DNA of 64,000 bases from a virus: positions 64,001 to 128,000 of IMG/VR virus record IMGVR_UViG_3300045988_174371; one strand, given 5' to 3'. The notes under the pieces are model-generated. The model had not been told where the DNA came from. It did no database searches and saw only the letters and a list, made by a program, of their open reading frames with translations. This document shows, piece after piece, positions 44,803 to 54,061 of the stretch. The translations under genes were made by a program, and so were the position numbers. Position 1 is the first letter of the stretch. The number at the start of each line of letters is the position of its first letter.

Positions 44803-44832
44803 ATTATAGCAGGCGTAATTCCGTCGTGTCAA
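44803..44832 (-). promoter_or_regulatory. near-consensus sigma-70-type promoter (TTGACA, 18 nt, TGc-TATAAT)
   Basis: read directly on the minus strand; differs from the window-wide family in its canonical -35. Confidence 0.6.
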
Positions 44833-44885
44833 GTCGGTAGCCGCGATTTTAGCCACACTCGACAAAAAGCTGGGCAAGTAGACAC

Positions 44886-45272
44886 CTACTGGTGTACCCT
44901 AACTTTCTTTACTCTCAGAACTATTTCATTGAAGTCGGCACCCTCTTCCAGAGTGAAGCCTTCAATGGTGGCACCCTTCTTTGCCATATCGACCCAAAAT
45001 GAGTAATTGTCTGCTTCATCTGTAATGGTAGCGAATGCCTGCCTAGTTTCATCGGCATTATGGAAGATGATAAAAACCTCATCTTCTTGATGTTTGCCAT
45101 ATCGACCGTGATTTACAATGCCGTAGTCCTTAAAATCCAGCTTGCCAATTACAGCTTCGCAGTTGATAAAGTCTTCGGAGTCATATTCAAATTCTATGCC
45201 GCTTGGCGAAAGCCACCAGCCAAATGCTTCAACAGTCGCGGAGACATTCTTATAAGTTCCATCATGTTTCAT
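44886..45272 (-). CDS. hypothetical protein (128 aa), paralog family E
   Basis: ATG at 45272 after CCGAAAGGTGC; C-terminus NYSFWVDMAKKGATIEGF aligns with 52749-53114. Confidence 0.7.
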   Translation of the reverse strand: MKHDGTYKNVSATVEAFGWWLSPSGIEFEYDSEDFINCEAVIGKLDFKDYGIVNHGRYGKHQEDEVFIIFHNADETRQAFATITDEADNYSFWVDMAKKGATIEGFTLEEGADFNEIVLRVKKVRVHQ

Positions 45273-45340
45273 AACATGCACCTTTCGGTCGGTTTCAAAA
45301 GTTTCTAGGCTTCCGGGTTCCCCATCCACCCTGCACATAT

Positions 45341-45370
45341 AGCCTATCACATGTTTTTAGTGAAATATAG
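45341..45370 (-). promoter_or_regulatory. family promoter (TGa-TAGGCT, weak -35)
   Basis: upstream of CDS 44886-45272. Confidence 0.45.
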
Positions 45371-45555
45371 ACATGGTATGAGATGAGGCTGTGAGCGACG
45401 CGGGCTGACTTTGGGTAGACTATTAGGCGTGCGCCTAAGATGCATGTGTCCCCGGCGGTTTCATCTATCAATAGGGACATATATATATATGGCTTATATA
45501 AGGCGGGAGGCATGTAGCTTTCCACGGGTTGATGCCACGGTCTTAAGCTTATACC

Positions 45556-45897
45556 CTATGAGGTCTTGCCTTCGAGAAGCTTTTTAAGGTCCCCCCATCG
45601 GGGGCGAAGGGGTCGGCGCGGAGCATCGGCGAGGTCTATCATCATTTTCTGATACTCATCTACCCAACGGACAAATAGTTCTTCGGCGGACTTACCTTCA
45701 TACTCGCTACGCGCTAGGCGGTCTGTCTGCTTGGGGAATTGGATAAAGACGGCGGGGCGGTAACCAACATATCCACCATCGGGAACCTTTTCGATTACGT
45801 ATTCTTCCGTGGTGCCACGATTGATAGTGTAGAGATTATCGGTGGGGTTGGAACCTTTAAGTGTGGTGAGGGTGAATCCCTTGTAGGTGGTGGTCAT
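45556..45897 (-). CDS. hypothetical protein (113 aa)
   Basis: AGAAAG RBS; no own family promoter, so probably read through from 46023-46400. Confidence 0.65.
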   Translation of the reverse strand: MTTTYKGFTLTTLKGSNPTDNLYTINRGTTEEYVIEKVPDGGYVGYRPAVFIQFPKQTDRLARSEYEGKSAEELFVRWVDEYQKMMIDLADAPRRPLRPRWGDLKKLLEGKTS

Positions 45898-46022
45898 GAA
45901 ACTTTCTTTTTGGTCGTGAAATGGGTAAGCGGGGGTCTTTTACCCCCTGCTTACTGGTGCTACTATCTAAGGGGTTGCCCCTGGACTGCTTCATGCCTTC
46001 CAGGGGTGGTTATATGGTGTGG

Positions 46023-46400
46023 TTACCATACATGGAGAGAATACATGCCGGTTTCACGGTCGAACTTTACGGGGAACTCGGACTGCTTCTGCATTGCCTG
46101 ACGCAATTCCTCTGCATCTTCTTCGTTGAGGCGGAAGAGGGGCTTGATGAGGTAATCCACAGAGTTAATCTCCACGCATACCGGGAGTTGGTCTGCACCT
46201 TCGTGAGCGTAGAGGGTGCCTTCGAAAAGGCCCGACTCTCCTGCCACTTCTTCAAAATCAATGCTTTCCAGGAAGAGGTCTTCAATGTCCACATCTACCA
46301 GGCTAATGTCATCACCTTCGAAAAGGCGGGCGGTTACCTCGTTCTTGTTATCGACGTAATAGCCGTTGTATGCTACTGCGAGGTGGGAGATGGTTGCCAT
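46023..46400 (-). CDS. small acidic protein (125 aa), paralog family I
   Basis: aligns with the C-terminal part of 56504-56920 (L..P.F.L.EE...EL ... F..(D/E)TG.Y). Confidence 0.7.
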   Translation of the reverse strand: MATISHLAVAYNGYYVDNKNEVTARLFEGDDISLVDVDIEDLFLESIDFEEVAGESGLFEGTLYAHEGADQLPVCVEINSVDYLIKPLFRLNEEDAEELRQAMQKQSEFPVKFDRETGMYSLHVW

Positions 46401-46476
46401 AATTGTTGTATCCCTTCGGTGGGTTGAAAAGCTGACTAGGCTTCGGGTTTCTATTCCCCGACTGCCTTATATCTAT

Positions 46477-46506
46477 AGTCTATCACAGATTTAAAGCTGT
46501 ATGCAA
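46477..46506 (-). promoter_or_regulatory. family promoter (-35 TTGCAT, TGa-TAGACT)
   Basis: upstream of CDS 46023-46400. Confidence 0.6.
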
Positions 46507-46709
46507 ACTAAATTTGAGTGAGGTGCGCCACATCTACCTACACCCAAAAGAGAGTGCAGGTAAATATCTAGGGTACGGCTTGGCAACCAAGGCATCAAAG
46601 CGGGCAACCTTAGTGCTATCACGTAGACTACTGACGATACTCCATTAGCTGTAGCAAGCATGGTTATTCGGGAAAAGGTTGCCCCGCGCCAGGCTTTCAG
46701 GTTGGGAGT

Positions 46710-47102
46710 TTACTTATAGCCGAGGGCGGCAAGGATTTCGGTAAGCATTTTCCATGCATTAGTAGGTTCAGTACCCGCTAGGGCTGGGCATGTGCCGCCG
46801 TGCTCACATTCACCGGCGCAGTACTGAATATACTCGTCCTCGAAGACGTTCACGGAACGGTACGGGTCTTTACTCTCACCTTTAAGGGATAGAACCTGCT
46901 CAAACTCATACGCTGTAATATGGAACCACTCGCCGCCAATGCCGACTGCAATATAAGTGGGGTCTATTTCAGCCACTTCATCTACGGGGACGATACTCTC
47001 GTCCGGGATGAGGTGGTTACTTTCAATGGTACTGATACTTTTCGCAATAACGGGCATTGAGTGATTTTCAGGGAAAGTATATTCGGCACTATAGGGAAAC
47101 AC
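46710..47102 (-). CDS. hypothetical protein (130 aa) with a Cys cluster
   Basis: GTG start after GAAAGGA. Confidence 0.65.
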   Translation of the reverse strand: MFPYSAEYTFPENHSMPVIAKSISTIESNHLIPDESIVPVDEVAEIDPTYIAVGIGGEWFHITAYEFEQVLSLKGESKDPYRSVNVFEDEYIQYCAGECEHGGTCPALAGTEPTNAWKMLTEILAALGYK

Positions 47103-47207
47103 TGATTTATCCTTTCATGGCGTGAACAGGTGGGCTTATAATACCCTCCCTGCTATGCATCCAATCCTTGCGGTTGAACACACATTGGTACTATGTGGAT
47201 GGAGCGG

Positions 47208-47597
47208 CTACCCCATTTTACGGAACGTCAGGCGAAAGAACTTCTTCGACTTGTCTGCCTTAACTTCATATGAGTCAATGATGCTACTCATCATGCCTGC
47301 ACATGCTATGGCGTGCATCAGCCCCGCGTCATCCGCCTCAATGCGACAGATGATATGCTTTCCATCCTGTTTAGCGAAGGCGACATCAGCAACCGGCTCC
47401 ACGGCATACTTCTTATCTGCCTGGTGCCAGCCTGAGTCATCCGTTTCGTATGCAACAAACTCGCCATTTAGCACCAGCACCGGCTTCTCGTCTTTAAGGT
47501 GCTTGATGAGGTCTGCGTAGCGCGTCGTCGGTACGTTGTCGTGCGTGTGAACCTTGATGGTTACGTCGTTGTTGAAGCTGAACGTGTTGTCTACCAT
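47208..47597 (-). CDS. hypothetical protein (129 aa), paralog family G
   Basis: aligns with 38533-38994. Confidence 0.75.
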   Translation of the reverse strand: MVDNTFSFNNDVTIKVHTHDNVPTTRYADLIKHLKDEKPVLVLNGEFVAYETDDSGWHQADKKYAVEPVADVAFAKQDGKHIICRIEADDAGLMHAIACAGMMSSIIDSYEVKADKSKKFFRLTFRKMG

Positions 47598-47664
47598 GAT
47601 TGGAGCCTTTCGACTGGTTTACTGGTTGGTGTTTTAGGGTTTTTCAACCCCTCCTGTTATATCC

Positions 47665-47694
47665 AGTGTACCACAGATTTAAAAACTTACACAA
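47665..47694 (-). promoter_or_regulatory. family promoter (-35 TTGTGT, TGg-TACACT)
   Basis: upstream of CDS 47208-47597. Confidence 0.55.
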
Positions 47695-47874
47695 GCTAAG
47701 TATGGGTGAGGTGTACCACAGGGAGAAAAAGTGAGGGCATTAAGTGATGCTGTGGCAGGTTTGCCAGTTCTACTTAATGCCCTCACTTCATAATGAGGCT
47801 AGGTAGTGGAGGTGTGACAAAGCTTTAGCCCTCCACCAATAGGCATAGGTGCAGTTCAAAGACCCATAACTCTG

Positions 47875-48216
47875 TTATCGCTTAATGAGTCCCAGGAACG
47901 TGCCCTCTGATGTGTGCTGACAGCTTCCTACCTTGAAAGAATCATTTTCCGAAAGCTCGGTATCAATCTGGGCACTATACGCCTCCTTGAGCTCAAGTTC
48001 CATGTCATCGAAGAGGATAGAGGTTTGAGTACACTCAAGGATGATTTTGTCAAAGATGATGGTTGCTTCGCCGTCTATCTTGATGAAGCGAAGAATCGGC
48101 TCAGTACTAGCGGCAACGCCCTGAAAGCGTGACTCGATAGCGCCAAAGATAGCCTCCATAAAGGTATCTTTCTCTTCTTTTGAGCCAATCAGATTAACCG
48201 TGATGGTATCAGACAT
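47875..48216 (-). CDS. small protein (113 aa), paralog family H
   Basis: MSDTITV... and RFIKIDGEATIIFDK align with 55986-56300. Confidence 0.7.
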   Translation of the reverse strand: MSDTITVNLIGSKEEKDTFMEAIFGAIESRFQGVAASTEPILRFIKIDGEATIIFDKIILECTQTSILFDDMELELKEAYSAQIDTELSENDSFKVGSCQHTSEGTFLGLIKR

Positions 48217-48280
48217 GAGGTATCCCTTCTAGTAAGTAGTTGGCAGTTCAAGAGCTACCCATTCAACTCTCAATACTTAT

Positions 48281-48310
48281 AGTGTATCACAGATTTTAGT
48301 ATGGGCGCAA
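48281..48310 (-). promoter_or_regulatory. family promoter (-35 TTGCGC, TGa-TACACT)
   Basis: upstream of CDS 47875-48216. Confidence 0.55.
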
Positions 48311-48344
48311 TACGTGGTAGCCAAAACCCCTAGGAAGTAAGACT

Positions 48345-48373
48345 TTGCAACCCTTCTAGATATGTGGTACACT
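48345..48373 (+). promoter_or_regulatory. family promoter (-35 TTGCAA, 17 nt, TGg-TACACT)
   Basis: upstream of CDS 48438-49058. Confidence 0.6.
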
Positions 48374-48437
48374 TAATTTATTGAAACTTGCGAGGCGAAC
48401 CCGCTCTCGCATAAGCCCAACAGAAAGGCAAAACATC

Positions 48438-49058
48438 ATGGGTTCCTTCTCCTGGATGTATGCAACCCCTAACCCCACCAAGTCCTCGCCTCTGAACATC
48501 ATGCCTGGTGACAAGGTAAAGCTCCTTATCCCCGAAGCTCTGGGAGGCGGCGCTATCGTGGGTACCTACCGTGACTACGGTGATATTGAAACCGCTGACG
48601 GCACTCTGCATGATGTATATGAGCTGGTAGCGCTGTGGAACTCTCCCACGCTCCGCAATATCCTCAAGGAATATAACCCTGAACTTACGGATGCAGACAT
48701 TGCCCGCAAGAGCTATGACAAGGATGCTGATGAGGAGACGAATGACCTTATCCGTTGTATTGGTATCGGCTGGAACTACGGCACCCACGGTGACCGTCTC
48801 TTCTACGGCTTGAAGTTCGCCCGCCTCAAGGACAAGGTGACCTATGAGACTTGCGACCACTTCTCCTCTAGTGACCCGTGGCAGGGCTTCCGCCGCGCCT
48901 CTTTCGCCTCCTCTCGATACCGCAACTGGGATGAAGATGCTTGGGCGCGCCGCGTTGAAGCCAAGGTAGATTGGAACCTAGACGAGGATTTTGTGGAGCC
49001 GAAGGTTCACGACCTGAACGAGCTTGTCCGCCTGCGCTCAATCCTTGAGGGCAAGTAA
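48438..49058 (+). CDS. hypothetical protein (206 aa)
   Basis: ATG at 48438 after AGAAAGG. Confidence 0.75.
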   Translation: MGSFSWMYATPNPTKSSPLNIMPGDKVKLLIPEALGGGAIVGTYRDYGDIETADGTLHDVYELVALWNSPTLRNILKEYNPELTDADIARKSYDKDADEETNDLIRCIGIGWNYGTHGDRLFYGLKFARLKDKVTYETCDHFSSSDPWQGFRRASFASSRYRNWDEDAWARRVEAKVDWNLDEDFVEPKVHDLNELVRLRSILEGK

Positions 49059-49063
49059 GGTAT

Positions 49064-49111
49064 CGGACATAAAAGAGCCCCGCTAAGCACCTGTAGGTGT
49101 AGGTGCTTAGC
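49064..49111. terminator. bidirectional hairpin terminator
   Basis: AAGAGCCCCGCTAAGCACCT / AGGTGCTTAGCGGGGCTCTT 20-bp inverted repeat. Confidence 0.75.
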
Positions 49112-49138
49112 GGGGCTCTTGTGTGGTTTCTGAAGTGG

Positions 49139-50017
49139 CTATTCGCCGGTCATGGCAACCATCTTATCCATACTGCCAGCGGGAATATGGATGATAGTGC
49201 GCGACTTACTGAACTCTGCCCTAGTTTTGCCTTCGTCACATTCAGGGAGCGCGTGGAAGAATCTATTGTATCCGTATCCGTCATTGACGGCGCACACTTC
49301 CTTCCCGGCGGCTACCTCTGCACCCTTCACCTTATACTCTACGATGCGTTCTACGCGAGCTTCAGTGCTGGTGGCGGGCAGGTCATCCTTGAGGGTGACC
49401 TCAAACAGGTTGCCGTCACCCCTATTTACGCTAACGTGCACTAGAGTACCGTCGCCTTTACGCTCTAGCCAGCTGTAGGTGTTTCCATTATTGCTGGTTC
49501 GCAGGTTGCTAATAGGGGAGGTGTTAGGTTCCCCTTCCAGCTTATTATTGTTGCTGTCTAGGTGGTAGGCGACCACCTGATTGTATTGCGCGTCTTCTGC
49601 TTCTTGCGTCGCCTGAGTAACGTTGATGCAGAGCGCTACCAAGCCCGTAATTACCGCGAACGCTAGAAGCAGAAGGACATCTCGCTCGTTTGACTCGTAC
49701 CGCTGACGCGCGTCCATCTTGGCAATTTCCTCAGTCGCAGAGAAGAGGTAGATGATGTAGGCAAGGTATGTCCAGCCGAAACCGAAGATGGCGAACAGAA
49801 TCAGTCCGGGGTTGCCCATGACGATACCTGCAACCAATACGACGGCGAGCCATACTAGCTGAGCATAGTAGAACCGTGTTCGGGCACGCCTATACGCCTT
49901 TTCCTGCTCATCTACCGGCATCTTACTGATACGTGAAGGGATAACCCGCCCATACACAATGAGGGTGGCAATAACGGAAAGGACAGCGAAGCTAATCCAG
50001 ATGATTGCAAAATCCAT
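49139..50017 (-). CDS. membrane protein, paralog family A (subfamily 2)
   Basis: motifs LKDDLPATSTEARVERIVEY and IIHIPAGSMDKMV. Confidence 0.8.
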   Translation of the reverse strand: MDFAIIWISFAVLSVIATLIVYGRVIPSRISKMPVDEQEKAYRRARTRFYYAQLVWLAVVLVAGIVMGNPGLILFAIFGFGWTYLAYIIYLFSATEEIAKMDARQRYESNERDVLLLLAFAVITGLVALCINVTQATQEAEDAQYNQVVAYHLDSNNNKLEGEPNTSPISNLRTSNNGNTYSWLERKGDGTLVHVSVNRGDGNLFEVTLKDDLPATSTEARVERIVEYKVKGAEVAAGKEVCAVNDGYGYNRFFHALPECDEGKTRAEFSKSRTIIHIPAGSMDKMVAMTGE

Positions 50018-50231
50018 AAGGTTCCTTAACTGCGGTGGAGCTGGTCACTAGCCACGCACACAGGGTGGCGTAGCTCTTTAAGAGTATCATATATGGGCTT
50101 TCAGGGGTCTATGTGTGGCAACTTCGCATAAGCGTGTTTCACACTCCTCCAGGATGGCGCTTGCTGTGGTGAGCGAAACCCCCACTAAGTTGTCAATACT
50201 TAGTGGGGGTTTCGCTCTATGTAATACGCGA

Positions 50232-51107
50232 CTATTCGCCGGTTACGGTAACTATCTTGTCCATGCTACCAGCGGGGATATGGATAACCGTTCGGGTCTT
50301 TACGAAGCGCGCCGCCGCCGCACCCTTATCGCAGATGGGAAGGATGCCAAGGTCGCCCCTGCTGAACTTCTCGACACACGCCTCCTTACCAGCGGATGCG
50401 TCATCGCCCTTAACCCTGTACTCAACAGAACGCTCTACGCGCGGTTCCGTGTCAGTTGCTGGCAAGTCATCTTTGATGGTGACCTCATACCGCTCATCAG
50501 GCACCTTCTCCACGGTTCGCGTATCGAAGGTTCCATCCTCGGCGCGTTCCGCCCAGCTATAGCTGGTTCCTTCACGGTTGGTTCGCACGCTGGTTACTGG
50601 GTATGTGTGCGTGTTACCTTCCAGCTTTTGGTTATTAGCGCCTATGTAGTAGGTGATGCTCTGGCTGTACTGCGCATCTTCTGCCGCCTGTTCAGCCCTA
50701 AGCTTTTCGGCGTAACCCGGAAAGCTCATTACAAGTCCTAGCGCAATAAAGATACCAACCCCACTGGCAACAACTTTAAAGTATAACTCTAGTTCACCGC
50801 CACAGTTTTCATCTGCCCAGAGAAAACAGCAGATTATCCCGCCAACAGAAACACCTCCCAGCAGGAAGAACATGCCATCACGAACAATTACCGCAAGTGC
50901 AAAGAGGGCGATAGTGCAGATACCCAGGAAGCTTAGTGCCGCCAATGCCGCCCAACCCAGGAAGTCAGGGCAATCAATCCGTTTACCTGTCTTCCGGTAT
51001 CGCACTACATAAGCTATCGTAACTGCCGGAATGATGACCGCGAAAACAGCGAAGAAGATGCCGCCCGTGGTCATGATTACGTTCAGCCATGCATTATATT
51101 TCTCCAA
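50232..51107 (-). CDS. membrane protein, paralog family A (subfamily 2)
   Basis: TTG start; motifs IKDDLPATDTEPRVERSVEY and VIHIPAGSMDKIV. Confidence 0.8.
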   Translation of the reverse strand: MEKYNAWLNVIMTTGGIFFAVFAVIIPAVTIAYVVRYRKTGKRIDCPDFLGWAALAALSFLGICTIALFALAVIVRDGMFFLLGGVSVGGIICCFLWADENCGGELELYFKVVASGVGIFIALGLVMSFPGYAEKLRAEQAAEDAQYSQSITYYIGANNQKLEGNTHTYPVTSVRTNREGTSYSWAERAEDGTFDTRTVEKVPDERYEVTIKDDLPATDTEPRVERSVEYRVKGDDASAGKEACVEKFSRGDLGILPICDKGAAAARFVKTRTVIHIPAGSMDKIVTVTGE

Positions 51108-51337
51108 ATGAACTATCCTTACGTGTCAGATTAACCCCAAGAATGGGCATACGGTTGAGTGAACGGCTTATCCTCATCATGAGGTGATGCCCCCACCCGT
51201 TTAATCGGTGAGTCTTACCTGCTTATCACAGGTTAGGTATCTTGTGGCAATGGTAGCATCTGCTGTGGTCGCCTGCAATTATGGGGGTATGCATTGCCAG
51301 TGGGCTTTTCCGTCTCTGCTTCATGCCTGGATGCGCC

Positions 51338-51398
51338 GTGAAATGGTACCAATATGTCCCCAAAAGCGGGGTTTGTGCGCATATTGGTACCATTTCAC
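51338..51398. repeat. long perfect palindrome (19-bp arms) after the stop of 51415-52671
   Basis: GTGAAATGGTACCAATATG ... CATATTGGTACCATTTCAC; the loop holds a CCCC/GGGG mini-hairpin; related to 57584-57638. Confidence 0.85.
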
Positions 51399-51414
51399 TT
51401 AGTGTAGGTGACTG

Positions 51415-52671
51415 CTATTCGATGGGGTCGCGCTCTTCCTGCAAGCGTGCTTCGTACTCTCCTAGAATGGCGCTTGCATTAGACAGAACGTCGTACCGCT
51501 TAGCGATGGTTTCGAGTTCACCCTCAAACTCTCGCTGTAGCGCTTTCTTCCCAACTTCACAGAGGGCAGTTACAGTTCGGGGCACACGCCAGGGCTTTTC
51601 CAGCCAGCGATGGATTGCCCATTCTGCGCCGATGTAGAAGTTGAACTTGAACACCTGCTCACCAATAGGGAAGCCTAGGCGGAACGTATTAAACACGGCT
51701 TCCTGCCACTCTACAAGCTTCCCCCATTCCTGAACCTTGTCTACGGCTCCGGCGGGGATGACACTAAACGCTTCTACAGTACTTTCAATGTCTCCGCTAC
51801 TGTTTACGTATTCGATTTCAATTCGTCGGCTAACCCCGTCGCAGTCGTCTGCGTCGTGGAAGTCATTCTCCGGCTCGTATCCTTCACAGATTTCACAGGC
51901 GTACTCGCGAACCACGGCGGTAAAGGTGCCTACCTTGTTGCCGCCCGTGTCCGTGAGGGTGAGGTTGCCGTTTTCTTCGCCGGTGATGATTCCGGCGCGG
52001 CGGGCACCTTTATCGTTGGTGAGTGTGAACTCTACGCCTTCACCGATAAAGAATCCAATGTCGAGCCGGTCGTTTCTCGCCTGGTACTCTGCGGGAGATT
52101 TGAGCATCACGAACTCCCCCAACTTCGTATCACTAGTGAAAGCGGCGAGCTTGGACTGTTCGGCTTGAATGTAGCTATCCGCAATTTCATTGAGGATGCT
52201 GTATTCGCGCTCTAGGGTGCCCTGCTCATCCTGCCGGGAGTCACGTACACCCTTCAAGATGGTGAGACGCTGGGCGCGGGTAAGCTCCTCAGGTGCGATG
52301 AAGAGCTGGGTTTCGCTAAGCTCCTTGAACTGGTTGAGTGCCCAAGTGTGCTGTTTAGCGGCGCGTTCTTCGTCGCCAGGGAAATGTGCTACCACGTTCA
52401 TACGTTCGTTCCATGCGAAGCCTGCGCCGTTGCTACGGGTGTCGCGGGTAGCGGTTTCAACCACAACGTACTCGCCGGTTTCCGTGTCGTTGATGAGTAC
52501 AGCACGGGTGGGGTAGCCGCTCATAGCGGTGTAGTAAATGCGGTCGATTACTACGCTGTTGCCGCCGTGTGCGGCTAGTACGCGAACGGTTTCGTATGAG
52601 CCGCGTTCGCGTGTGGTGTTCATGATGAGATAGTTGCCGGTGGCGATTTTAGAGAAGTCAATGTCAGGCAT
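51415..52671 (-). CDS. hypothetical protein (418 aa), GD-motif modular family
   Basis: ATG at 52671 after AGAAGGAAG; N-terminus IATGNYLIMN. Confidence 0.75.
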   Translation of the reverse strand: MPDIDFSKIATGNYLIMNTTRERGSYETVRVLAAHGGNSVVIDRIYYTAMSGYPTRAVLINDTETGEYVVVETATRDTRSNGAGFAWNERMNVVAHFPGDEERAAKQHTWALNQFKELSETQLFIAPEELTRAQRLTILKGVRDSRQDEQGTLEREYSILNEIADSYIQAEQSKLAAFTSDTKLGEFVMLKSPAEYQARNDRLDIGFFIGEGVEFTLTNDKGARRAGIITGEENGNLTLTDTGGNKVGTFTAVVREYACEICEGYEPENDFHDADDCDGVSRRIEIEYVNSSGDIESTVEAFSVIPAGAVDKVQEWGKLVEWQEAVFNTFRLGFPIGEQVFKFNFYIGAEWAIHRWLEKPWRVPRTVTALCEVGKKALQREFEGELETIAKRYDVLSNASAILGEYEARLQEERDPIE

Positions 52672-52748
52672 GGTGCTTCCTTCTTGCTGGTAATGACAGT
52701 ATACAGTCCCCCTAAGCAATGTTCTAGGGGGACTGTATATGATTGGGA

Positions 52749-53114
52749 CTAGTTGGTTACCTTGACCTTTTCGACCTTCAGAACCTTGTCCCACACGCCG
52801 CCTTCTGCGCTAATTGCGAAGCCTTCAATTACGCCGCGCTTCTTCGCCATGCCCGCCCAGAAGTCATAGTTTTCGTCGTCATTATTGACGATTACGTAGA
52901 CCGCCTTGCTCTTATCGGCATTGTAGAACCAGATGTAGACCATATCGTCGGCGTACTCGCCTTCGTCGTCGTTATACATTTCAACGAACTCCATCTCACA
53001 AGCGACGGCTTCATTGTTGATGAAATCGACGGTTTCCTCGGTGGTCATGGTCTTATTGTATGCCTCAACCTTGACGTTTGCGTAACCGTCTTCAAAATTT
53101 ACTTCGTAGTTCAT
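52749..53114 (-). CDS. small acidic protein (121 aa), paralog family E
   Basis: NYDFWAGMAKKRGVIEGF aligns with 44886-45272. Confidence 0.75.
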   Translation of the reverse strand: MNYEVNFEDGYANVKVEAYNKTMTTEETVDFINNEAVACEMEFVEMYNDDEGEYADDMVYIWFYNADKSKAVYVIVNNDDENYDFWAGMAKKRGVIEGFAISAEGGVWDKVLKVEKVKVTN

Positions 53115-53188
53115 GATTGGGAGCCTTTCGGTAGATGATTAGCGTTTCGTTGTTTCGGGTTTCTATAACCCGCTTGCCTCATGCCTAT

Positions 53189-53218
53189 AGTCTATCACAG
53201 ATTTAAAACTCTTCGCAA
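53189..53218 (-). promoter_or_regulatory. family promoter (-35 TTGCGA, TGa-TAGACT)
   Basis: upstream of CDS 52749-53114. Confidence 0.6.
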
Positions 53219-53279
53219 GTCGCATGTTTGTGGTGTGCATCACCATCTCGGCTCTTGCACACCATCCATGCCGCTCTTT

Positions 53280-53990
53280 CTACCTAGAAAGGAGGGTTAC
53301 CGTAGCGTCGATGGTAAGCTTTCCATCCTCACCAACCCCTACGCGGTCGAACGTATTGCCGTAGGCGTGTTTCTGGTAGAACTTCTTAGAGAAGCGTTCA
53401 CCCACCTTTCGAACAAACTCAGTATCCCCATCCACCTTCGCCACCAGGCACACAGATGCAATAGCGCCATCAAAGTTGATACTGTACTTAATTTCGCCTT
53501 TTTCAGCGTGAATGTCGAAGTAGCCAGAGTAGTAAGAACGCTCCTGCCAGTCTTCAATGCCGCCTTGACGGTGAGTTTCCACGAAGTGAAGGTTTACGGT
53601 TTCCATTTCGTTCGCCCGTTCCACTTCTAGTGGGTTACCCTGTACAAGCTCATTGAACTTAATGACTGCAATGCTGGACACCTCATCTACTTCTACGGTG
53701 TAGTCCTTGACGTAGAGGTCAGCATAAGCGCCGGTAACCAGCAGGTACTTTAGGGCAGTGGTGGTTTCGTGGGCTGTCCTTGTCTTGTAGATAGAGTTAT
53801 CTTCCACATCTACGAACTTGATGTGCGATTTGATGCCTACAGCATCATCACCCTCAGCCCAGGTATCACCTGCAAGCTTGATAGGAAGTTTGCCACTCAG
53901 GATAAGCGCCTTCGCCTCCTCCTTGTCGCCAAGGGAGAAATTGACAGTGAGAGACATTTTATCGGGAAATACTACGAATGGTTTCGCCAT
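53280..53990 (-). CDS. hypothetical protein (236 aa), paralog family F
   Basis: aligns with 60680-61450 and 61609-62343 (Y.KDYT..VD ... F.E...GNPL ... VNLHF). Confidence 0.8.
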   Translation of the reverse strand: MAKPFVVFPDKMSLTVNFSLGDKEEAKALILSGKLPIKLAGDTWAEGDDAVGIKSHIKFVDVEDNSIYKTRTAHETTTALKYLLVTGAYADLYVKDYTVEVDEVSSIAVIKFNELVQGNPLEVERANEMETVNLHFVETHRQGGIEDWQERSYYSGYFDIHAEKGEIKYSINFDGAIASVCLVAKVDGDTEFVRKVGERFSKKFYQKHAYGNTFDRVGVGEDGKLTIDATVTLLSR

Positions 53991-54061
53991 GATTGGTTAC
54001 CTTTCAGGATTATGAGCACGCCCCCTAACTCGCATTGAGCTAAGGGTCGTGTGTGGGCATC

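Noticed and set aside
45479-45490. (AT)6 microsatellite
   Set aside because: It is a short simple repeat in an AT-rich intergenic spacer. Nothing suggests function beyond possible slippage.
47122-47520. 132-aa plus-strand ORF downstream of a TGGTACTAT-like box
   Set aside because: It overlaps family-G gene 47208-47597 in antisense. It has no RBS and a Ser/Ala-rich shadow composition. The promoter-like box is noted under the palindrome finding instead.
48378-48860. 160-aa minus-strand ORF
   Set aside because: It is antisense to 48438-49058, which has a promoter, an AGAAAGG RBS and a terminator. The minus ORF has no signals.
40466-51107. Family-A C-terminal similarity as template/variable repeats of a diversity-generating retroelement
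   Set aside because: There is no reverse transcriptase. Differences are not adenine-specific, and the similarity spans whole domains as in ordinary paralogs.
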